Below, piece by piece: positions 25,884 to 39,100 of a DNA stretch of 64,000 bases (position 1 is the first letter of the stretch; each line of letters starts with the position of its first letter). Origin of the DNA: Phoronis australis (lineage: Eukaryota; Animalia; Phoronida); assembly GCA_002633005.1 (NCBI GenBank), contig NMRA01000014.1:1150838-1214837 (forward strand). Direction: 5' to 3'. The notes below the pieces were generated by a model. It ran no database searches, was not told where the DNA came from, and was given only the letters and a program-made list of their open reading frames with translations. Both the position numbers and the translations under genes were made by a program.

Positions 25884-25961
25884 AACTTTTCATGATGCAT
25901 CCCGCTGGCTCTACAAGTTTTTTAAAACTTGTAGAGCCAGCGGGATGCCTCGTGAAAAGTT
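25884..25961. repeat. Near-perfect 38-bp-arm palindrome (foldback)
   Basis: AACTTTTCATGATGCATCCCGCTGGCTCTACAAGTTTT-TT-AAAACTTGTAGAGCCAGCGGGATGCCTCGTGAAAAGTT, with 2 mismatches in 38 bp. Confidence 0.9.
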
Positions 25962-26235
25962 GTCACTGCCTGTCATTTTATTCGCCGAGTGTGGTCATGA
26001 GGAATAAAAAAATGTGAATTATTTGCAAACCCGGAAATTACTTTTCATCGTAGTAAGGAACAAGTTGAAACCAAGAGGTAGATAAATCAAAATTTGTTTT
26101 TTCGACGCAACGCGGATTTATTCCCGCCTTAGAGAGACACTTATCATTAATATAATTGAAAAGTGCAATTTTGAGGTTCATGTTGAATGGGACATATTTT
26201 TAAATTAATTGTGATTAAAATACTCGGACTTAGTC

Positions 26236-26316
26236 GGTCTGAGTGGGATTTTAATTCAGCCGGCAGAGCTTTTGGTCACGAAGCAATAGTTTCAGGTTCG
26301 ATTCTGCGCTAGGGCC
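26236..26316 (+). pseudogene. Degenerate tRNA-like sequence or SINE head
   Basis: A-box-like TAATTCAGCCGGCAGAGC and B-box GGTTCGATTC at tRNA-like spacing. The stems are decayed. Confidence 0.35.
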
Positions 26317-28699
26317 GATCGAAAAAGAGTTTTTGCCGCCGATAATGTCACTGTAATAGCCGTTTCCATTTTGCGTAGTTCTTAAACTACAACCCAACCA
26401 TCGTGATTGCAAGGGTACCCGAATTCATTCAGGACTCCATGTCTAAGCTACCTGTCGTTTAGATATACACAATCCCCTATCAGCGTGCGGGTCGGGTTGT
26501 CTAGCCACAATCCACTATCAGCGTTTGGATCGACTCGACACAAGCCACTAAACGCTCGGACTACACAAAAAGAGAAATTCTGTCTCACGACTTGAAGCTC
26601 CGCAACAGGAGTTCGTTAGACTCGTTCATCATAAGTCTGCCTGTCCTTTACTATTCATCATTCTGTACACTTAACTTGTGCTTACGTCATTCAAACAAGG
26701 TATAATATTGCTAAAACTGCGCCTTGTGCCTGATTCGCACAGTGTTGTTTGCGTGTGAGGATTAAAGCGAAAATCGAACTATCCAATGAGAAATGATAAA
26801 TTGGGAAAGTGTTATTTGTTTTTACAATAGTTCGCATGGTTTACAATACTTCACATGGTTCAAACAGTTCCAGTTAATTGCTTGTCTGCTAAAGCTCCCG
26901 TTGAGACATAATATTAGTAAGTCCTAGGTCTATTCTGAAATTTTATTCATCACTCGTCAATCTATTCAGCTTTGTATGTTCAAACATTTTGCTAGCTCAT
27001 GTGTGTTTGTGTCAAGTAAACATTTCTGTGTAAAGATCGAGTACAATTTGTCAACATTTCAAATACACACTGTCGTTTATGTAAATCCATCAAACTCCCT
27101 CCTATGACAAGCATACGTTCTTATCTCCAGCGTCTCGGCCACTTGAGTTTGCCAAGTATATGTGTACTAAATTGCAATTTATTTACTATGATCATAGGCT
27201 CCTTTACTGGGTCTTCACAAAATGAGCGCTAACGTTGCGGATAGGTTTGTGAATCATGAAAAACGAACTGACGCAGCGAATGTAAATTTATCCGTTAGAT
27301 GTTACAAAATTTCGACTTTATTGAAACACTGGAAAAAATAAGGTCATCCATTTTTAATAATACCTGGATGTACGAATACGTACAAAAGGAGAATGTTGAG
27401 GGCCCCGTCGAAATCGGACAACTTTTGGGAAAAAAGTGTCTCAAGTTCGACACTGTCCAAGGGTTTCTTACTCAGGTTGTAAGAAGTGTCCCACTGTTTA
27501 TTCGGTTCCCAGTCAGTTTTAGCTCGTTTCGTCTTGAAAAAGTATTGAGATCTCGCTTGGTGTGATGCGGCCCTTAGTTACCGTACGGCGAGTTGTATCA
27601 GTCAACTGTGTCAATGGCAGGCTGGGTTATCTGTACTAGTAGGCGATTGAAGAAAAATTGTAACCCATTGTAGATGTTGTTGCTGTTTTGTCATGTGTTT
27701 CACGTCGAGGTGAACATTTAGTTTTACGCCCCGGAACGAATTGTCATTCGGCCCCTCAGTGTGAGTCTTGTCAGTATTCATTTTACGCGAAAGCGGGACA
27801 TTCCTGCGAGTGTGCGTCGCGACTGATAAAACCTGGTTGCTGCGCAGATTAAGGTGATAAACATGGGACGGTACAGAGTTCAATCCACATTGGAGCGCTC
27901 AACTTCGGATTACAACTTCAAGCCATAAAAAATGACCACGGGGAAACTGTTTGTACTTCATCTTTAATTTATTTTCATCAAACGATAAATAATGGTCGCT
28001 TCAGTTGGAAGGACACAGAAATTTTGAACTCGTGAAAAAACGACCCCGCCACTGTCAAAAAACTTTCATCTCCATTCGTTGAAATTGAGTGGTGGTGGGG
28101 ATATTTTTCAGCGGTTTCACATAACCAGCTACTACAGTAAAGCTTCGGTAGATGGTTCAGGAAGAATGGGTGGAGTAGCATGTATCTCAGTCTGCACTTC
28201 AAGGGCGGCGAAAAGGGAAATTGGAGGGGGGGTTAGGACAATACCCCGGGGCGGTCAGTTCCCCTTTGAAAGTCCTGGGCAAAGTTGTCTTTGACTTAAA
28301 GAGTGAACACAAGCCTCCACTCGTAATCTTCGACGCCACAAGCTCCTTCCTATACCGGGCCGGTTGAGACTCGACTCTCCTTGGTCGTACCGACCGCTGT
28401 AGTAAAAATTTTCCTCCATGGACTTTCTATTTAACATTACTATAACAATTCATTATACTTAACATTGCTATAACAATTCGTGATTTGCCCTAGAACACAC
28501 CCGGCCACAGCCCATACGTTTTTGTCCCTGAGTATAAGTCTATTAAGTTTCCTTTTCCAGGAATTGCGAACCAAAAGCAAAATTATAACGATAATCATTT
28601 TCACAAGAGGATGAATTGTTATTTCACTGTCAAGAACTCTTTTAAATCGGTTGCTTGTCTGAGATGACTCATAGTAGGTCATTTTTTCCACGATATCCA

Positions 28700-29298
28700 C
28701 AACAAAATTTATATGCCGTAATATTTCATGCTACACCGACAAATTTCGGCGAGATGGCTATGGCTCAATACCTCCTGAGAAAATTTTGACCACACAAAAA
28801 TGTGCCAATTTGGTAAAATTCGGAATTTCATACCTCAGAAATGGGTCATCGGATTCAGATGAAACTTTCGGCAAATACTACTTTATGCTCTTGTCTCCAA
28901 AATACTGTTAGAAATTGGTTTACCATGTTTCACTTTTGGATGAGGGGCTTTTAAAAATGAGGTTTTTCGTGTTTTTTTATGAAAAACATTATAAGTTCCA
29001 AAAACAAAAAGGAAATGATACAGAAAACTTGAACAGCGTCTTTGAGATTTCATTTTTGAACATTTTTATCAAACGAAATTTACCCACGTTATTGATGCCG
29101 TTGTTTTGCTGTCAATGAATCTTTATTTTTGCTTAAATTTTATGTTCCCCAGTTAATGACATGTTGACATAAAGTAAAAAATCGAACTTTACAGGATGTC
29201 CACTTTCAGAAATATGTACTTTTATCGAATCAAAATCTATATTTCTGTCGATACGTGGCTAAATACGTAGACTGGTCCGTAAGGGCCACATAACCTTA
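28700..29298. mobile_element. Fragment of a non-autonomous DNA transposon ending ...GGGCCACATAACC-TTAA
   Basis: The CC|TTAA terminus resembles Kolobok-type ends. Internal AAATTTCGG / GATGAAACTTT motifs resemble those in the intronic repeats at 54.3 and 58.3 kb. The left end was not found. Confidence 0.25.
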
Positions 29299-30444
29299 AA
29301 GGGATATTCTCGACGAGAAAAGAAACTTTCCAGAAATTAGCAGTAGAGCGTAATCGAACCCACTTAACTCCGCTCTCATGTACGGCTGAGCCAAATCCCA
29401 CGCGTTTTAAAAATACATGGTAGAGACATGGGCTTTGGTTTCAGCGACTCGGAATGTGTGGAAGACATCGACGAGGGTTGGCGATTTGTAATAAAGTCAC
29501 AAAAACACAACTGCTTTAACCTAATAACTTAAAAAGTCTAAACCATTCCACACTGATCCCAAAATTGCGTTGATGGTGGTAAAAAACGATTATGTCCCAT
29601 CACTTTGTGAACGATTGGAATGGCGATTGTGAATTAACTCTTGTTTTTAGTTCCACGCTCTGGGTTAATACCACTAAATCTCGTAACTTCCTGCACTTTG
29701 ACTAGGAATGTATTTGTAGCACGTCTACTTTGATCTTTTACAACGGCAAACAAATGAAGGCCGGGATTTGCCTGTCGTCACCTGTCGGCCAGTGCACCCA
29801 GCCAGGACTTAATTGACCATTTCAGCATTTCTATGATAACTTGCTTACTATTGCTATCATGTTTATTTCGGCTTTATGACCCTTGGAAGTAGCCGGGTGA
29901 CAGGTAGATGATTTATGTTGTGTATTTAAGCTGCTGTGTGGTGATAGAAGAGTTCTTGACCTGACATCTTCGTCCACAGCGCCATCTTGTGATTTCGGAA
30001 CAGGATATAGCGGTGCGGGCTGCAGGTATTATATTAATACCATGTTCGTTACACTACTTCAACATAAAATAACATTTTTGAAAAATGAATTATTAGTACA
30101 TATTCATGACTTTTCATGCTGATACCTTATTCAACGACACTTGTTCATTGATGATAGCTGATTAAGTCCGACATTAATCATGTCAAAGACGTCTCTACGG
30201 TCCTGTTCATGTCTCGGCGCGTGATTCACCGTAAAATGTCAACGCGACTCAAAACAGCTTGCATTCAGAACAAATCAGCTGTTAAACGTATTCAATATTT
30301 CTGTAACAAAAATGAACAAGAAAATAAAAGTAAATGCGACTGATCAACTCAAGAGAAAATCTAAGAGGCCAGGACGATGAACTCCAACTGTTTATCTCAA
30401 TGTGAATGCTGTCACTGGCACAGAGTTTCGACATCTAATCAATT

Positions 30445-30622
30445 ACTCCCGCACCTTCACAACAGCTAACCAGCCCGAAAAACAGGAACCCCGAGATCGG
30501 ACAGGAAACCCGGACAAATTTTTTTCGGTCTAAGGGTTTCCTGTCCGGTCCTCGGGTTTCATGTTTTAAAGGTCGAGGTTCCTGTTTTTCGGGCTGGTTA
30601 GTTGTTTTGAAAGCGCGGGAGT
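30445..30622. mobile_element. Foldback MITE with about 48-bp TIRs and a nested inner inverted repeat
   Basis: ACTCCCGCACCTTCACAACAGCTAACCAGCCCGAAAAACAGGAACC ... GGTTCCTGTTTTTCGGGCTGGTTAGTTGTTTTGAAAGCGCGGGAGT, with inner pair CGGACAGGAAACCC / GGGTTTCCTGTCCG. Confidence 0.75.
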
Positions 30623-31481
30623 CCTTTTTCTTTGGAAACACCCTGTATGAATAATGTGAAAGAAAATAATTTGAACGAGTTAGCCCTGTAAAATTCATTA
30701 AGTTGTGAAAACTGGCCGTCATATTAAAGACATTTAGTGACTTTAATTTTGCGTGAAGTTCAGCGAACTGTAAGAAGAATCAGAAATTGTTCTGGTAGCA
30801 AGTTTATTTGTATTTGTTTATAAATATTATAAAACATTCAGCACTGAAATGGAATCAGTATTAAGTAAACATCGCATTGCATATAAGGTTTAAGAGCTGC
30901 AACAATGGTCAGGAACGAGGCATTCATAATACACCCGTAGTTGAACAATGACGATAGTAACGGCAAACCATTGTAGACACAGTTCTCTCTGTATTACACT
31001 TATGGAAATCAAGTGACTGTAGTCTTAAGTTTACTTTGGACGTCTTCTAAATCAAAAAACGCTAACGTAATGAAATGATTTATTTTGACAATTTCTTTTA
31101 GGTTAATCATTTGAACCTAATTGTAATGATATGCATATATTTTGTCCGTTTGAAATATTTAAGTTGGCCCTCGTTCAGCACGTTAAGAGAGGGTTGAGTT
31201 TAGTGTTTCTTTGTCAAGAAAACTGATTGGAGACATAATCATTTCCAAAACACTGGCTGAAAAGCAACAGCGCGAAACGATCGTATCGTATTTTTATAGC
31301 CATGTAAGTGAATCTGTGCGACAGAGCTGGTGCAAAAATACTCGCGCTATTATTGAACTACTTGTGCCAATTACGTGGCATGTCAAAACATTGTGATTCT
31401 TAAGTGCGACCCGTATTGCTGACATTAGTAAACCTCCGTACTAATTCAGTTGGCTTGTGTACCAATTTTGGATATGAAGCA

Positions 31482-32017
31482 AACTCCCGCACCTGTTACC
31501 GAACTATCACCCAGTGATAGATAGTAGCATGAGGATTTCCCAAAATATATGTTGTTGATGGATAACACGGAACAAAGCCAGATGCACCTGTCATAGGTGA
31601 GGGGGTTACTGAACCACTCCGAAAATTGTCTTCAGAACTTAGCTTTATCAAACTGGGCAAATGTAAAAACTCATATTTCTATGGATACACTTTAAACGTC
31701 ATTTGTGAAGAGAATTTGAAGTCCGCGCCTCCTATGGTCGAATGCGTTTACATTTAAAAAGGCTTGCGTACATGCATTGCTCTTTTGTTTCCAATTCGCA
31801 ATTATTGACATGTTATCACAACTGAGTGGTGAGACGGTCATGTTTCGATCCCTGGTGGCCATGTTCAGTCCTCAACTGTCGTATTTTGTGTTGGGGCGGT
31901 CATGTTTTAGGCAAGTCCCATTTGACCCCCCCAGGTCCTCTTTTCTGGTGAGTCTGTCCGATTTGGAGAACCGGTGGTCCTGTTTTGGTCTTGTTGTTTC
32001 TCACCGGTGATTGAGTT
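31482..32017. mobile_element. Older, longer relative of the 30445 foldback element
   Basis: Starts with the same ACTCCCGCACCT. The right end TCCTGTTTTGG..TTGTTTCTCACCGGTGATTGAGTT is a degenerate inverted match. Confidence 0.35.
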
Positions 32018-35000
32018 GTTTAAACGTTTCCCTTTCCTCTGTTCCGTCAGTTAAACGGACTTGCTGACAGCGACACATGAAAACAACAAAATGTTGCAAA
32101 CCACCCCCGTATTATACATGTTTTGGGACAAATATTGATTCCGGTTAGCATCTGAGAGTCGCCGGAGCATTTTGATGTGTAGTTATTGGTGGGTAGCGGA
32201 AGTCCTATCTATTGTGCAGGTTTATAATTATTGAATATTTACATTGGAATGTTTTGTCTATTGAACATTCTCTTTACATGGTTCTTGCACTATCAAATCT
32301 ACAACCGACTATATACAAGCAACAAAGAGTTACATGCAACATTTATAAATGTCTCAGCTTCTTTCGGCAGTAAAATCGAAAATAGTAGTAATTGGCAAAT
32401 CGGAAGTTTAATTCGAGCACCTGATTGCGTAAGTGGTAATTTCCCGATAAGTAAGAAATCGCATTCAATTTGGTCGTGTATTCTCATGTGTACTCATGCA
32501 TCAGCGCCTCCAGCGACAAGAATAATAATTTGATGTGGCGAATTCAGTTGAAAAACGGCGTCTACTACTCTATCACCCATGCGCGAGCTTCCAGAGCACT
32601 TGACAGAGACTGTGTCATTAGCTTTCGTTACTTTTGGAAGTATTTATGTACATTGAAATCTGGAAGGACAATTCAATTCCAGTCTAAATCTCAGCATAAG
32701 AAGTAAATCGCTAACTAAGTAGGGCTCAGTGGGAGTGAATTTTTGTGTGAACCATAAAAACGATGCGATTTTTTAAATTTTCTAAATTTTCTCCTTTACC
32801 AAGGTGTCCCGTTGCATGTTTAGTGCTGCTTGTAACGTCTTTCATGGTCCTTGACCTAAGCATTCATGTTCAGCCCCGGGCGCAGTGCGACGCGTTGTTA
32901 TACTGATCTGTGATGTGCGACATCAAAATGCTTTTAGTTGCAATCATGCTGGTGTTATGCTTTGATTATCTCAAGAACGCAAAGGAGGTTTTAGCGAGAA
33001 CACGTTTGTGCCAGACTGTTACGATAATACTTTCAATTTACCTGTTGTTGAATGTGTATCATTTTTATCGATCTTTATTCTTATTTGAGGTACTGAGCAT
33101 CGATTCAAGCAAATAACAAAGAACATTCCCCCACGATGAGGAATGTGAATTGTTTTGCTATTTGGGCTAATATTTATTATCTATCCTATCTAAACTACGT
33201 GCACGTTTGGTTTCCCAGGAAACTCCTCGTGTCGAAGTATTTATCGAAAACAACCGACACATTGAACTCGTTGCCGGGTCACACAGTCAACTTTTTGTGC
33301 CGGCTACTTCGGTGCCGTCATCCAATATACACACCAATGCATACGCGTGGTCAGAAGGAACCATGCTTGTTTTCATGTAATTCACGTGCTCAATAGGGCT
33401 CTATCAATAAACTAAAAATTGGCCACTCTTAGAAACAACCGCCGTCCCCCACTCTGGTTCATTCAGCATTTCTGTCCAATTGTTCACCTTCTGTCTGTCT
33501 TATTCTATCTGTTTGGATGGACAGCATGTCTGTTGTTTCGGTATGACCCAAGCCTGTTCTCATGATTCTAGGTTTTGTTTTCCATAACATTGTTGAAATT
33601 GTTGACCGTATCAGCTGTGTGTCGTTTGTGTCCAATCATGGAAGCGAGGCAGACACGTGCTGAGCCAACCAGCCACGACAATTGTTGTCCATATTGAACA
33701 TCAATACTTGTGTGCGAAGGAATGACATAAAGTGGTTAATACGATAATTGTTTTAAATATTATCATTACCCAGCCGTGTCATTCTTTGATCTAGTACAAA
33801 GCGCAGAAACAAAGCTACAGCTGACGAAGTATCGATCAGATAACGCTATGAATTCCAACCTCTTCAATGTTATTGATTGACTGGGGACAAAAGGATGTAA
33901 CGGTACGCCAACACAACTACACGTGCGACTATACACCTGTGTCATCCCGGCCAGCTTATATGACAGATATGATAGGCAGGTGATTGACAAGTGAAGTAGT
34001 TCGCAATTTACAGTGACGTTGCATTTCGTAGACAGACAATCAGCGTGAAACGTTACGTAATCTTGCGCTACTTTGGAAACTTGATTGGGGACACCAGTGT
34101 TACGTTAAAAACGCTCAATTTGATATCTTGTTGACAAAACAAAACACATGCAAGCAGAACTTCTGTCTACAAATGGGGGACTTTAAACCCAGTCCCTGTC
34201 GTTAGTGTCAGTTTCAGACTCTCCGGTAGTGAAGACTATTTATGGAAATCAGCTGCCAGCCCATACCAAGAGGAAAATATCTTTTAAAAGACACACAAAA
34301 AGTGCAGTTTACTATAATAAGATCACTACATGTGTTTTCTTGGGGCTGAGACTTCAGTCGAAAGTTTTAAATCGCCGACAGTGTATAGCCCACAATTAGA
34401 GAAATATTAATCTTAAAAAACGATATAATCGTACAGTGTGATTCATTGGTTTGACTGTTAATGTGACATGCAACGACCACCAGCGTGCTATTATATAAAT
34501 AACTGCGCACATAAAACGTTTTAATTTAAAATGCATCGGTTGTTAAACTTCTATTGGTTTCAACTCTATTTTTTAGTCTTATTATCTGCCCGTCATACCT
34601 TTATCGGTTAAGAAAACAAGTCTGGTTTTACAAGCTTATCGCAAAATTGAATCTGTCAAATGTATACCGAAATCACTGTTGCGTTTGGCGGACGTATCGG
34701 TATGTAAAAAATATTACAACACTGGACATGGGCATCACAGGCGCGTGACGAGTGGCGGCCAAATAACGGACAATGTAATCCAATCTGCATTTTACACGAT
34801 ACATCACCGCGTCAAGACGCCGCTTACTGCTAACAATTAGTGCGAATTGTTTCGCCGGCTTCTACTTATTGTAACTCTTTCGGAAGCCAAGATCACATAA
34901 TATTTTGTTCGGTTCCTGTTGTCAACACTGCCACGCTAACTCGACTCATCTCTTGTGTCTTTTGACAATTTCGTCAAATGTCGTCAAGCACGTAATTCAA

Positions 35001-36032
35001 TGTCAGAAAATACAACCTTAGTGGAGTGCATGGGATATCATTTCAAACAGTGTCGCTAACGCACAACTCTTCTAGATGTTCAAACTGAGCAATTTTCCTC
35101 CAACTGACTGACCTCAAGCACTGCCACTTCGTCTTCAGGGAAATTTTTAAGGGGAAGGGGAACTGTTTTCACGTGAACCCACTCCGTCTCCTAATCATCA
35201 ACTGTTTCCCACGCCTATGGGAATTAAAGCTGCGTTTAGCCAGGCCTCTTGCTCTCATAAAATCGGTCTCACATCATTCCTTACCATGATAGGATTCAAT
35301 TTTCTTAACCAACACTGAGCATCGAAACCATCACCGATTCAAGAAAATGCCTCAAAGTTTATTGGAGTTGGCCAACTCTAAGACTGAGAATTCGAAAATG
35401 GCTCGTGTACGCATTGTCTGTGACTTGGGGTTCTAACGGAAATAGAATCCTGTGGATATCTTATTGCAGTAAAAAGTATAATTCGATTTTCATTTCAGCC
35501 AACTAAACTGTGCGAAATGCAGCTTTAAATGTCAAAAACTCGTTGTAGCCATTCCCCTAGTTATATTTCATAAACCCAAAGTGACTTCAGGCTCAAGACA
35601 GAAATTTGCTTTTAAACTCCCACTTCGCAAATTGCTAAAAAGGTTTAGCCAAGTCATTATGAACTCATCGCTGTCTAGACATTATTTGTTGAAATATCAG
35701 TCTCAGTAACTAGCAGTTAGAATATTTTTCTGAAATAGTTGTACTGAGCGTTGGACCAAATCTCTGACTCGAGTCTCGTCATTTTTCGTGAAAGCGACCT
35801 CTGGTGTAAAAGTGGCTATAAACCCTCTTTGCGTCACATATTTATTTAGACCGTAATTACGGTTATCGTGATGAAATTGGTCTCAAAACGTTCTTTAGTC
35901 AAATTAGGTCAGGCGATTTTTGAGCTTGGGAATAACGGAAGCTTCGTTATTGGTTGAGACCAGTCTCAGCAAGTTGGCGTGTCATTTTATTACGCGCGAG
36001 CATGGTCTCGAGAAATCATGAACTGGCAGTTC

Positions 36033-36145
36033 GGCAATAGTCTGGTATATAACGTGCCCGTATTTTGATAACCAGTTTGATGCCCGTTATTCAGTGGAGA
36101 AAAACTGGTTCTCAAAATTCGGACACGTTATATCAGACCATTACC
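36033..36145. mobile_element. Merlin-like MITE, copy 1
   Basis: About 45-bp TIRs GGCAATAGTCTG...AACCAGTTT / AAACTGGTT...CAGACCATTACC. 8-bp TSD GGCAGTTC / GGCAATTC. Confidence 0.85.
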
Positions 36146-39100
36146 GGCAATTCTGTGCAGGACCGAAAATCACTCCATAACGGCCAGTCAATAGACTATA
36201 ATTATAAATATACTTGTCGAGTTTTTGCGGCAGTTGTTCAGAGTTAATTAGAAGTAAAAATTGTCCCGGATGAACCTAGGGGGAATCTGAGTTGCTCAGT
36301 GGGCGGTTAGTCCTCATCAGTGTCCATACCCGTCGTACTTCACTTGCTTACGAGCATGTGACCACAAGGCTTAACAGTTACGACAGCAAAAGAGCTACAC
36401 GAACAGGCTTGATTGACTTTTTAATGATCCCATATCCACTCGGGTAATTACTCTTCTAACAACCGTGAATTGCATCAGAAAGATTAGAATCAGATCAGCT
36501 GGACTAGTTTTCGATCTATTTTAGTGATTGACAGCAATACGCGTTGTGGGGATACCAAACCAATGCTTTCCCTTCAGGTTGAACCCCTGGGACGAACCAA
36601 CTGATTGCTGATGGATTCTATTAGCGGATGTAATGCTGCATTTTGATATTGCTCACAGATTTTGAGAGAACGAATGTCCACGCTCAAATATTGACGGATC
36701 TACCGTAAACATTGTCTTCGTTGCCCATTTCTTAAGTATCGCGTATTATACTGTTGAGGCATTTGTGGCTCATTTAACACGTCCAATGGTGCCTTAATAT
36801 GTCCCTAAAAAGTCTGGCGCCGTCGTTCACACGTGGGAGAGACCTGATTACAATACCTAATAACTGATTGATTATTAAACGTGTTTCACATGGCTACTGT
36901 TCAACTTGTTAGCTGAAGCAAGTTGGTAAATAATATATCCGTCCAATTATGTCCGACTAACACGATGTCCATGTTTTGATTCAGACCATACGAGCCTGCG
37001 CCTCGTCTTTCCGTGTCATGTTGTTTCTTCTAAGGTGAATTATTCGTTTAGGACACAAAAATGCAATATATAGTACCATAATTGAGGGCTTGATGCAATA
37101 CATATCAGTTTTGTTTTGACTTTTAAAACAAAAGTAGGGCTGCAAGTAAATTGAAAAAGAGTGCATATAGCTTACAGTAACATTACCACTAAAGCCCTCT
37201 GTGCCTGGAAACGACGTGATAGGCCCGTTTGAAGGACTTGTTGAGAAATACGAACTTGAAAGACGAGTATCAAACTGCTCACGTCGCGGTTGATTCAACA
37301 ACACATGAGTATGCACTTCACAATCAAGAGTTTGGTCAGCCACAGACCGCCTTCACGTGTTTTTGGAGCAATGAATGCTTGAGAGCAAAATAATAGTAGG
37401 CCAACATGTGACGCAATAAAGTAAGTACGCATGCTGCTATTGCTTTCAGAATCCAATAAGAGCCATCCACAGTCAGTGGAGTCGAAAGTCGTATGCCACA
37501 TCTAGAGAGTCTAATCTCCTGCTTGGCGAGCCCTGGCCACTGTGAGCGGCTCACCTGGTGTTGATCTGACTCGTCCCTATAGCAGCAAACGGCGACGATA
37601 GACGTGAAATGCCCACCTGACGCACGCAACAAGAGAAGCAACAGCCTTCCGGGAGTAGTTACTATCAGATGTGTGTTTTTCTCACCCCGGCTCCACGAAA
37701 GCGTGGATTTCCGATTCAGTTCCCGGCTGCCAGACAGTTCACTTTCTGGGTTAGAAACTAGCCTTCCACAACAAGGTCCATTTTTTTAACAGAAGTCTAC
37801 AAAAGGATTTCATATTTTGATTAGTTTGTCGGATTATAAAGCCTACGGCCCAGAGGGTTTATTATTCGATTTTATTGAAATAAATAAACATCTTAAACCG
37901 CCTTCAAAAAGAAAAGCGCCTATGTCAATGAGAATAAATATGAAAGGTGCAGATTTTTTCCTGAAAATTCTCCACGAATGACACTGCAAAACGGTGGGTG
38001 TCTGGAGCTCTCTAACTGGATGGACATCCTAAAATTGCCAGCGACACCTTCCCCCCTTCAAAGTGCCCCTGATAACGGGTACCAGAGCGACACCCCCTCT
38101 TTCACGGATTGATGGAGTGCACCCGGGAACGAGTACCACTGACCCAGTAAGTGCGCAGGGTAGGTAGGAACGGAGACTAATTGAATAATTAAATCAGTTC
38201 CATTTCACCTGATAAAACACACAAAGTAGATTAATTAATTAGTCGTGTTCTTCCCACCCCAAACTTTAATTGATTCTAGAGAATTTCAGTATCACAGGCG
38301 ACCATAGCGATGGGACGTACAGCGAAATGGTTTGGGAGAATGCTTGGCAACAGTGCAGAAGCCACGCCACCTAGGGCAATTACAAAGAATTATGGAAAGC
38401 GTTTGTGTCTATTTGAACATGAACTAGAATTATTGGGGATTGTGTGCTGATGGCATTACCTCTGCATTGCTAATAAACAACACTTTAGTGGCGTACAGTT
38501 AACCTCTGTAAAATACCTCAACAGTTCCAACTCACTGGATCCAGGTGTTCAACACGCTAGCAGGCAAAGGTGGCTCCATAAATCAGCGCCAGGAAACTAA
38601 CCAACTTATCACGCAATTAACACATATTCATTAAACTTGATCGAGGTTGGGGAGGGCATATGGAGAACCTTGCTACCGGGGAATTTGATATGAATTTATG
38701 GCGTTTCCGTTCAAGAAAAACATTTTATCGTAATTTGAAAGGGTGCAGTCGGTTTTACTGTCTAAAAACGCATTTTGGTGGATATTCGTGAGTGAGAGTG
38801 GCTTTTTGGAGTTCTTAACTTAGACCAGAGTTACGCTACAAAACCCGTTTTAGTTTGTGGTTTTACTCTAAATCGCCGTTTCCTAACAAAGGCTTCCAGT
38901 CTAAGTTAACTGAAATCGGCGGACGAGGCGACCTCAACAACTCATGTTTCGCTGTTAGGCGTCGAGAAAATGGCCGACGCGGGCTAATCTCCCGAGTGTA
39001 CGTTACAAAACGAGAAGAGACGAAGCACATTGGAGGAGTAACCTGTAGAAATGCCGAGTTTTAATAGATTGCCGTGTTGGGTTTGTATTTCTCTCCCACC

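Noticed and set aside
36290-36325. Hammerhead ribozyme core (minus strand CTGATGAGGAC)
   Set aside because: There is no complementary stem II strand and no GAAA. The other CTGANGA hits I examined failed in the same way.
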